Origin: Octopus sinensis
Lineage: Eukaryota
Direction: 5' to 3'
Assembly: GCF_006345805.1 (NCBI RefSeq)
Contig: NC_043006.1
Coordinates: 73,284,001-73,348,000, forward strand
Length of the DNA: 64,000 nt
Position 1 is the first letter of the stretch; every line of letters begins with the position of its first letter. A program made the translations under genes and the position numbers. A model generated the notes under the pieces. The model was not told the DNA's origin. It worked only from the letters and a program-made list of their open reading frames with translations, and did no database searches. Below, piece after piece: positions 37,979 to 48,247 of the stretch.

Positions 37979-38912
37979 TACCAGTACCAGTCAAATACTG
38001 GTGTCAATAAATGAATGAACACCAGTATGTGACTGCTATTTACCGAGCTAATGAAGAAGTCTCGATGTAGACATGCAACATGCTAGAATTACCTACTTTA
38101 AATTTCACATTACTACCTTAAAATAGAAAGGCATATTGGTTAATGTAGTCCGCGGTAAAAGACGGTATGTTTATGGTTGTAACATCTTTGATCATAGATA
38201 TGTTTTATGAAAAGTGACCTGGCAAAAAACATTAAAGCAAGTACTTAATTCATCATCATTTCGAAAAACAAAGAACAAAACCCAGAAGACGACTTTAGCA
38301 GTATCCGAACCCGATATCAAGAATTGACGATAAAGGACTTTGATGAGTTCAGTATAGTACTCTAATGCCTTGGACATTAAGCTACTTACGTACTGATCTG
38401 ATCAAATAATATAAAAATCGTAAGATGTATAAATTCACTGTTGGTGCAGTCAGCATGGAGCCAGCAGGCATTTATGGCTGATCATAAACTACTGCGTCTT
38501 ATGACGAAAGAATGATAAGATAACAAATAGCTTGCTAATAAAAAGTAAGAGATTCTTGATTCTGTATAAGATTGCGATGATAAAATGATGAGAACGTAAG
38601 AATAAGTATAGAAACAAATAAATAGATGAAATTGTTCGCAGAAATTACTTATAGTAAAATAAATGATGTAGGAATAAAGAAATACCAGACTTCTGTGAAA
38701 ATGATGAAGAACTGTAAAGATATAATTATATTATCTGTTATATTGAAGTGTATTTTTGAAATGAATTATTGCTATAAAATGTAGAAATATATAAGTTGAT
38801 AATCCACCCAAATATTTTAATATTGGCGGTGATATGTTTTTCTTGTATCTAGTATGGAGCCTAGGCTTTAACAATAATAAGGAAATATTGTTAAAAATAA
38901 TCTTTTTTTTCG

Positions 38913-39215
38913 CCCTTTTCAAGCCTAGCCAGGCTCATGGGCCCGGTTTCCGGGTTTCTGTGGCGTATGTATTCCCCCCAGCTGGACGGGACGCCAGTTC
39001 ATCGCAGCGTTACTCAAGAAATAGGAAGAGAGAGTGAGAGAAAGTTGTGGGGAAAGAGTACAACAGGGGTCGCCACAACCTCCTGCCGGAGCCTCGTGCA
39101 GCTTTAGGTATTTTTCGCTCAATAAACATACACACAACGCCCGGTTCGGAAATCGAAACCGCGATCCTCCGACCGGGAGTCCGCTGCCCTAACCACTGGG
39201 CCATTGCGCCTCCAC
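38913..39215 (-). mobile_element. SINE with a family-A head and a MetaSINE-like 3' module
   Basis: Head and first ~150 nt match family A; the 3' part on the minus strand reads ctgcgatgaactggcgtcccgtccag..acagaaacccgg, resembling the Meta domain (from recall). Confidence 0.7.
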
Positions 39216-39549
39216 GGAAAAAAAAATCTTACGTATCGTTATACATTTTGTAATGTAGACTACATGAAGCTGATAACAGATTTTGCATATGATTTTACTC
39301 TACTTGCTAATCCCTTCTATGCTGTATTAGACCTCTTAACTTCTTCCAAACCATGTAGGGTCCTACATTACTGAATCTGCCCTACCAAAATGCATTTATG
39401 TTTGTCGATAGAAAAACACAATTACAAATGATTCCTTAAGCAAAGTTATTATAGATGATTATATATAAACTTATAAATTCTTATGTGATTTGCTCAGAAA
39501 ACCATTTCAACACTGGATAGATAATCATTTCTTTTATTCTTTTATTTTT

Positions 39550-39885
39550 GTTTCAGTCATTTGACTGCGGACATGCTGGAGCCCCCCTATAGTCGACAAA
39601 TCGACCCCCAGGACTTATTCTTTGTAAGCCTAGTACTTACTCTATCAGTCTCTTTTGCCGAACCGCTAAGTTACGAGGACGTAAACACACCAGAATCAGT
39701 TGTCAGGCAATGATGGGGGACAAACACAGACAGACACACACACACACATATGACGGGCTTCTTTCAGTTTCCGGCTACCAAACCCACTCACAAGGCTTTG
39801 GTCGGCCCGAGGCAATGGTAGAAGACACTTGCTCAAGGTGCCACGCAGTGGGACTGAACCCAGAACCATGTGCTTGGTAAGCAAG
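39550..39885 (-). mobile_element. SINE family B
   Basis: Reverse complement of the 13222 copy, with a shortened internal microsatellite. Confidence 0.85.
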
Positions 39886-40156
39886 ATTCTTTATTTTATG
39901 AAATTGGCCATGAAAGCCGTACATAGAGGGGACAGTACAAGGTGGAAACAAAAATAAAAAACGAATGGGAAGAATGAATTAAATATAATGAACGATGAAA
40001 TGAAGCCATTCGGCCCCACCTCCGAGCGACTTCATTGAACCTGTTAATACATCTTTTTTTTAAGACACTAGTTTACAACACCATTTGTATCAGTTAATTT
40101 CCATTATTTCCATTATTTATATTTGACGGATATTTGTCCTCATCTTGTTTGTTGTT

Positions 40157-40202
40157 AACACACCGTTTTGGCTGATATACCTTCCAGCCTTCATCAGGTG
40201 TC
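40157..40202 (-). ncRNA. Minimal type I hammerhead motif in the SINE F tail (partly mutated)
   Basis: Minus strand GACAC-CUGAUGA-A-GGCUG..CAGCC-AAAAC-GGU-GUGUU; CUGAUGA, helix I and helix II are intact, GAAAC and GUH are mutated. Confidence 0.6.
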
Positions 40203-40249
40203 TTGGGGAAATTTCAAACCTGGGTTTTCATTCTTAAGGTGTTTTTCGA

Positions 40250-40280
<31 letters not shown>

Positions 40281-40290
40281 GTTGTTGTTG

Positions 40291-40330
<40 letters not shown>

Positions 40331-40333
40331 ATT

Positions 40334-41570
40334 CAGTAGTTTTATTTTTATAGTGTGCTTTCACTTCACTACCGAGCGCAGCTCTGTGTGCCTTGGGTAT
40401 GTACTGTGATTTGTTGGGATTCTCTGATGGTTATTGTATGGAAAGTGTTCTGCGCAGGATGTGTGCAGTGCCTAGTATTGCAATTTCCTGTATGTTATAT
40501 GTGTTTGTAAGTCCTGGTGTTTTTGTTATGTATTTGTCTGAATATTTTTTTATCATGCCTAATGCACCTACTATGATAGGAATTGTTTCTGTTTTTAGAT
40601 TCCACATTCTGGTTACCTCTATTTTCAGGTCTTTGTATTTTGAAAGTTTCTCCATTTCTTTTAGAGGCACGTTGTCATCTGCCGGTATTGATACATCAAT
40701 TAGAAAGCATTTTTTTCTTCATGATCTCTGACAACTATATCTGGTCTGTTGGCCTTAATTTCTCTATCTGTGTGTATCGGCATATCCCAGAATATGGTTG
40801 CTTTCTCGTTTTCTGTGACCTTTTCTGGTGTGTGCCTATACCATCTTTTTTCTGTTGTTATTCCATAATGTTGGCATAGCTTCCAGTGTATGTAGGTTCC
40901 AATTCTGTCATGTCTGTGAATATATTCCTTCTTAGCCAGGACTGGGCAGCCAGAGATAATATGATTTATTGTTTCTTGTCCATCTCCACATATTCTGCAG
41001 TTACTTGTTATATTTCTTTTCATTACATGTTTTTGGTAATTTCTGGTGGGGAGGCTTTGGTCTTGTGCTGCAATTAAAAATCCCTCTGGCTCTGCTTTGA
41101 GTCCTGAGCTTCTCAACCATTGCTGGGGGTTTTCTTTGTCTATTTCTTTTACGTTTAGTTTAGTCCTGTATTAACCATGAAGGGGTTTTTCTTGCCATCG
41201 TTTTATCATGGTTCGTTGCTGTTCTATTTTTAGTTTGGATTTCATTTGTTTTATAGCTTTTGTTGTTGTTTCTTCTTCTTCTTCTTCTTCTTCTTCTTCT
41301 TCTTCTTCTTCTTCATATTTATTAGGTGGTATGATTTCTTGTTTGTATTTGTCAGCTTCCTTAAATACTGAGAACAGTTTTTTGTTTTGCTCGTGTTTTG
41401 CCGCTATTTGTGTCAGTTTTCCTTCCTTCTGAAGTAGATATTTTTGAAGTCCTATGGTGGTTATTTTATTGTAGTTTTCCAGCTGTATAAGGCCTCTACC
41501 ACCTTCTATACGTTGTATATATAGTCTTTCTATGTCAGATTTTGGGTGATGCATCCTAGATCCTGTCATT
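40334..41570 (-). mobile_element. 5'-truncated R4/Dong lineage B copy
   Basis: Highly similar to 21180-22396, including the 3' UTR ending aaaactactg; (AAT)n on both sides. Confidence 0.95.
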
Positions 41571-42168
41571 ATTATTATTATTATTATTATATTATTATTA
41601 TTATTATTATTATTATTAAGGTCACTGCCTGGAATCGAACTCGGAATCTTGGGGTTAGTAGCCCGCGCTCTTAACCACTTTTACATGAAATGTCTATATT
41701 TTATTTCTTTAAAATCTCAAAATAGGCTTACCCGTTCTGGCATGGTACTGGTGTTTATTTTGTTGACCCACCCCTCAAACCCTTCCTCATAATTCTTTAA
41801 CCTCGCAAGATACGCCGGGTCCACCACTGCATAGAGAAACTAATCCGGCCACCCCTTACTCTTGTTATATCCACTTTTATCGCTGCGTCCCACGCGTCCA
41901 TCTCATTATACAGTTCTTCATTTTGTCCCTTGTACAATACAATATATTTTTTTATCCCAGGGCGAGGGTGGGGGAATTTGAGGCTCCTGTGTGCTTGTGC
42001 TTGTCATCTGTCAGGTGGGGCATGGAGAGGGTTGGTGTCTGTAGGGAGTGGTTGGGGTAGAGTGGGTGTGGGTGGGAGTCGGGTAGTCACTTTCTCGAGC
42101 GTTAAACTAATACATCTGCTTGTTGTTCATACACCTGTCTTTGTCTTTTGTTTTTCTGTAAACTTCAA

Positions 42169-42237
<69 letters not shown>

Positions 42238-42242
<5 letters not shown>

Positions 42243-42590
42243 CATAAGGGGGATCAGCCATCTGAATGTGGCTAGGGACAGGGCGGGGTGGTGGGTGTGT
42301 TACTGATGCATTTAGCCCCAGGCGATCATCGACGTCACCAGAAGGGCTGACACCATCATGGTGTCCTTGCCAGCCTGCAAAGGGAGATCAGCCTCCCCGA
42401 AGATACGGATACTACATACGGACCGGTTTCGAGGTAATTGCCTCCCTTTGCAGGCTGGCAAGGACACCGTGATGGTGTCAGCCCTTCTGGTGACGTCGAT
42501 GATCGCCTGGGGCTAAATGCATCAGTAACACACCCACCACCCCGCCCTGTCCCTAGCCACATTCAGATGGCTGATCCCCCTTATGTTATA
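42238..42590. repeat. 149-bp inverted repeat with a 55-nt spacer
   Basis: 42238-42386 versus 42442-42590; one mismatch found by eye. Confidence 0.95.
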
Positions 42591-44029
42591 GAGCAGTTAC
42601 TGTTTATATCTCGCTCAGAGATTTATTATTGTTATATATATATACTTTATTTAAAAGCAGCAGAAAATTCAACAAAACCTGTAACTCTGAGTTTCACGTT
42701 CCCGTTCGTCGGACAGTTTTTGCTAGAATAGAACTGATATGTCAATTCTATCAAGACTAGTATAAACGCTACACCTTTAAAAATGGACTTGTTTGATTGG
42801 TCCTTTCAAATAATGGTCAATTTCGAGCGATAAACAAAAATGAGCTAAAAAAAAAATATATATATAAAATTATAAAAGTCGAGGAAAAAAACCTTACATC
42901 GAATCTTTGGTTAAAATACATATTGTCATTAATAAAGAAAATATAATTAATACATGGAAATTGAAATTAAAATATTAAAATGCTTTAAAATATTACACAA
43001 CAGTACATACTCATACTAAACTATACATATATACATCAACATACACAGATAGATGCGCGCAACCACATACATATACAGACATATAAATAGAAAACTAAAA
43101 TATACACACAAATGCATTTACGCATTTGTATACGCAATCTAGCTCGCATGCAAAATCACTGTATCCATATAGACTATGAGCTAAATTCATGGATGGGGAA
43201 GGGGCGTTCTTATTTACAACATAAAGCTAAAGACATAAGCAAGGGAAGGGAGGGGGGCGTAAAGTTACAGGGATCTATACAAGTAACGAATAGGGAGAAA
43301 AAAAAAACGAAAGAAAGAAGAGAGAAAAAAAGAAAAAAGAGAAGGGAAAAAGAAGGAAAGGAAAGAAGAAAAATTTGTATACAAATTATGTGAGCACATA
43401 TACTGACACATATATATAGAGACAAGTACGCAAACACACAAGTTCAAGTGGATACATGCATACACATACATTCGTGTATGTATGTGCTTAAGTACAAACA
43501 TACGCTCACTTACACATATACAAAGACGTATGCTTACAAATACATATTCATGCCAATACACATATTTACATAAAAATGCCTAGGATCTGACAACATTGTT
43601 TTTTAAAAATGCTGAGTGCATAATAATAAAAATTAGACGAAAGACATGCAAAATATAACACCCAATATTGGATCATCTATAAATTAAATACCAAAGAAAA
43701 CCTATACAATATAATAAAATGAAATAAACTAAGTCGAAGGTTTTTCCTAAGGAATATGTAGAAATATAAACAAAATATAAACAAAATATATGCACAAGAC
43801 TTTGCTATGCGGAATGAAATCTGTATAGCGCGAAACAAATACATCGGTGTGATCAAAGACCAGTCCAAGAATCAAAAATTCAAAAAGACAAAATATACAC
43901 TATCCATATGGGATATTTATGTTCGACATTTTGAATTTGGTTGCGTGCCTGCATGAGTTCAAAAGTTCGTTTCTTTGATTCAAATAATTATTGTCTTTGA
44001 ATAAAATATAAACTTTTTCTAACAAACAA

Positions 44030-44690
44030 AGATTGCATTTAAATTTTTCTTGTGTGCCCCATGTCTGTATGGTGCCGCTCTATCCAGAATACTCCATGTC
44101 ACGTTGAAAGGTGGGGCTTCCTTTTCTTTTAGTTCCCAGACATATTTTGCTAGGCTGGTCTTCTTCCTATTTTCTGGGTATCTAAATGAATTTTTATGCG
44201 AATAAAATCGCGTTTTGAACGAATTTTCCGAAGCCCCTGTATAGGTCTTGTATTCCGATGAGCCTTCTATTTGCACCTTGGCTCTATAAACGACCCCTTT
44301 TACCAAAAATTTCCCTTCCAACGGACAGGAGGATTCATCTTTACAATTGCATTTCTTAAGGGGATCGGCACCATGCTTAATATCAATTAGATTCATATTG
44401 TGCTGGCTAATGTAAGAGGCGAAATTCCTGCAACAAGAATAGCTAATCTTAAGGGTTCTTCTATTAGATATTCTATAGAATTTATGGTCCTGCTTAAAAT
44501 GCTTAGAGACTAATTTCAAGAATTCCTTACCTATATTAGTTTTTACGGCCAAATTGAAAGCTGGGTTGAACCACAAAACTTTCCTGGTCCTAGTTCTGCG
44601 CGCAGCATTACTACCAGCATTAAGCTGGTTGTACTGGATCTTCTCAGAGAATCCACTATTCCTTAATGCGCTATCGTAATAAGGTGCAGC
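44030..44690 (-). mobile_element. Penelope-like element (Neptune-type) fragment: RT thumb/linker and GIY-YIG endonuclease
   Basis: RKVLWFNPAF..VKTNIGKEFLKL..KHF, CNCK..CPL.G, VVY.A.V..YTG.SENSFKTRFYSH..SF, LAKYVWELK; truncated before the terminal CxLC, and the 5' side is replaced by microsatellite. Confidence 0.88.
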
Positions 44691-44705
44691 ATATGTATAC
44701 ATACA

Positions 44706-44755
<50 letters not shown>

Positions 44756-44821
44756 AGGTGTAGCATAATCTATATATATATATATATTCATACATACATA
44801 CAAACATACGTACATAATACA

Positions 44822-44857
<36 letters not shown>

Positions 44858-45572
44858 TATATATATCAAACATATCCCCGTTACCCTAGAAAAACTGAAC
44901 AAGTATAAATTGCATTTTCTTCATATTGATAATTTAGTCGTTTTAGTGTTCACAGTGCTAATAAAAAGTTTTAAAAATAATAATATGGCTATCTTAGAAG
45001 TAAAAATAATCTCCAAGAAGTTTTTAGAGAATTTTCCAACACTTTAGTTTTAAAAATAATATTTTCATACAGTAATACAAGCTTCCATTTAGATCAACTG
45101 CCTTATATATGGCAGGTTGCCAGACACATAAGCATATGGAAATAATTATCTCAAGATGGAAAATATGATAAGTCACTTTACGCAATCTTTACACAAATGA
45201 ACTGCTAATGTAAGTAGAGAGTGTGTTAGGTTTGAATTAAGAATCTTAGCAAAACTATTTTTTTCCATTATTAAATATTCAGCTTCGATAAGTAATATGG
45301 ATTAATATTTATTCTTAGATTCCCGCAGTACTTTATAAATATCTCACGAACCAGTGAAAATAAAAATGAGCAACAACGAATGTTAAACCAATGTCCAAAC
45401 TAGCATCAATACATTTTTACTGTTTCTGTATAATCTGTTCCACCAATATCTCTAAATAAATGTCAGTTAGATTCCTATTGTGCTGGCTAATGTAAGAGGC
45501 GAAATATAAAAGTGCACACTTCCTGTTTCCTTTACCAATACGTTCTTTAAACATTTCTACTTTCTAATGAGT

Positions 45573-45938
45573 GGAAGCACTCCGTCGGTTACGACGACGA
45601 GGGTTCCGGTTGATCCGATCAACGGAACAGCCTGCTCGTGAAATTAACGTGTAAGTGGCTGAGCACTCCACAGACACGTGTACCCTTAACGTAGTTCTCG
45701 GGGATATTCAGCGTGACACAGAGAGTGACAAGGCCAGCCCTTTGAAATACAGGTACAACAGAAACAGGAAGTAAGAGTGAGAGAAAGTTGTGGTGAAAGA
45801 GTACAGCAGGGATCACCACTATCCCTGCCGGAGCCTCGTGGAGCTTTAGGTGTTTTCGCTCAATAAACACTCACAACGCCCGGTCTGGGAATCGAAACCG
45901 CGAGTCCGCTGCCCTAGCCACTGGGCCATTGCGCCTCC
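45573..45938 (-). mobile_element. SINE family A
   Basis: Matches 1243-1626; TSD ttctaatgagt (45562-45572, 45941-45951); short deletion in the head between cgcga repeats. Confidence 0.9.
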
Positions 45939-46660
45939 ACTTCTAATGAGTAATGTTCATTTCTCATCACCGCATAATAATTTCTAGTTAGAATTAAATA
46001 TGTTGACATTAACTTAATTATTGTTTCTTTTTTTTGGTCTGCGGGTGATATTTTGAAATATATTCTTTAAACTATTTTGGTTTCCCACATGAGAAATTAC
46101 TTTTCGAACTTGCTGAAATAAAGTAATGTTAATCAAAGGTTAATTATAGTGTTAATTCACCGCATAATTATTTCTAGTTATCTTTTTAATGACTACTGCT
46201 TTAAATGTATTAACGATGAATTAACTATTAATTTTCATGCGGACAACGTTACTGTGTAATTAATTCTTTAAACTATACAGTATTTAATTGCTCATAGTAA
46301 AAAAATCCAACAGTTTATATTAGAATACACATCAGAGAAATATATCATAACCAGGCAAATTAATACATAAAAATATCGGACATAATGTCCAAATGTTGCT
46401 CCGAGAACAAATATTACTTGGCTGTTGTTTAGTCTCAAATGAACCCTTATCGAGCTTTCCATCCGCGAGCATCCCATATTTTTCCTATGTACGAAATATA
46501 GGAGCGCATTAAGCAATCAATCCTTTTCGAATATGGCGGGATGATTTGATTACGATTTCTAGCAGATCAAGTGACCACGTAGTGAGACCCTTGTTAGTTT
46601 GATGTTATTGTGTATTTTAAAAGGCGAAATAAAGCGAGATTGCATGACTCAACGTATTGC

Positions 46661-46885
46661 AGGGTTAGGGTTAGGGTTAGGGCAGGGTTAGGGTAAGGGC
46701 TAGGGTGAGGGTTAGGGTTAGGGTTAGGGTTAGGGCTAGAGTTAGGGTTAGGGGTAGGTTTAAGGTTAGAGTTAGGGTTAGGGTTAGGTTTAAGGTTAGA
46801 GTTAGGGTTAGGGTTATGGTTATGTTTAGGGTTAGGGTTAGGGTTAGGGTTAGAGTTAGGTTTAGAGTTAGGGTTAGGGTGAGGG
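46661..46885 (+). repeat. Degenerate (TTAGGG)n, short block
   Basis: Directly visible. Confidence 0.95.
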
Positions 46886-48247
46886 ACACTCTTTGATCTC
46901 TTTCGGCACCCTCTTTGATCTCTTTTGGGATTCCTCTTTGATCTCATTCGGCATCCTCTCTGATCTCTTTCGGCACCAGCTTTGATCTCCTTCGGGACGC
47001 TCTTTGATCTCTTTCGGCACCCTCTTTGAGCTCTTTCGGGACTCCTCTTTGATCTCTTTCGGCACCCCTTTAATCTCTTTGATCTCTTGCGGCACTCTCT
47101 TTGATCTCGTTCGGCACTCTCTTTGAACTCTTTCAGGATCCTCTTTGATCTCTTGCGGCACGCTCTTTGATCTATTTCGGGACTCCTCTTTGATCTCTTT
47201 CGGTACTCTCTTTGATCTCTTTCGGGACCCTCTTTGATCTCTTTTGGCACCCTTATTGATCTCTTTCGACACCCTTTTTGATACATTTCGGGACTCCTTT
47301 ATGATCTTTCATCACCCTCTTTGATCTCTTTCGGCATCCTCTTTGATCCCTATCGGGACACTCTTTGATCTGTTTCGGCACACTCTTTGATTTGTTTCGG
47401 CACTCTCTTTGATCTGTTTCGGCACCCTTTTTGATCTCTTTCGGCTACCGCTTTGATCTCTTTCGGCACCCTCTTTGATCTCTTTCGGTACTCCTCTTTG
47501 ATCTCTTTCGGCGCCCTCTTTGATGTCATTTGGGACACTCTTTGATCTCTTTCGGCACCCTCTTTGATCTCATTCGGCACGCTCTTTGATCTCTATCAGG
47601 ACACCTCTCTGATCTCTTTCGGCACCCTCTTTGATACCTTTCGGGTCTCCTCTTTGATCTCTTTCGACACCGTCTTTGATGTCATTCGGGACATTCTTTG
47701 ATCTCTTTCGGCACGCTCTTTGATCTCTATCAGGACTCCTTTTTGATCTGTTTCGGCACCCTCTTTGATCTGTTTCGGCACCCTATTTTATCTCTTTTGT
47801 CACCCTCTTGGATCTCTTTCGGCACCCTCTTTGATCTCTTTCGGCACCTTCTTTGATCTCTTTAGGCAACCCTCTTTGATCTCATTCGGGAAACTCTTTG
47901 ATCTCTTTCGGTATCCTGTTTGATCTCTTTCGGCACCCTCTTTGTTCTCTTTCGGTACCCTCTTTAATCTCTTTCGGCACCCTCTTTGATCTCATTCGGG
48001 AACCTCTTTGATCTCTTCTGCACCCTCTTTGATCTCTTTCGGCACGCTCTTTGATCTCTTTCGGGACCCTCTTTGGTCTCTTTCGACACCCTCTTTGATC
48101 CCATTCGGGAACATCTTTGATCACTTTCGACGCCGTCATTGATCTCTTTCGTCAACCACTTTGATCTTTTTCGGCACCCTGTTTGATCTCTTTCGGGAAA
48201 CTCTTTGATCTGTATCGGCACCCTCTTTCATCTCTTTCGGTATCCTC
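46886..48247. repeat. Minisatellite, 22-bp unit CTCTTTGATCTCTTTCGGCACC, about 60 copies
   Basis: Directly visible 22/23-bp periodicity. Confidence 0.95.

Larger units (their letters stand above)
40095..41678 (-). mobile_element. Second SINE family F copy (head 41619-41678, tail 40095-40250) with a nested R4/Dong insertion
   Basis: Head matches 17548-17608 and tail matches 22895-23050; (AAT/AAC)n lies between them. Confidence 0.85.
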
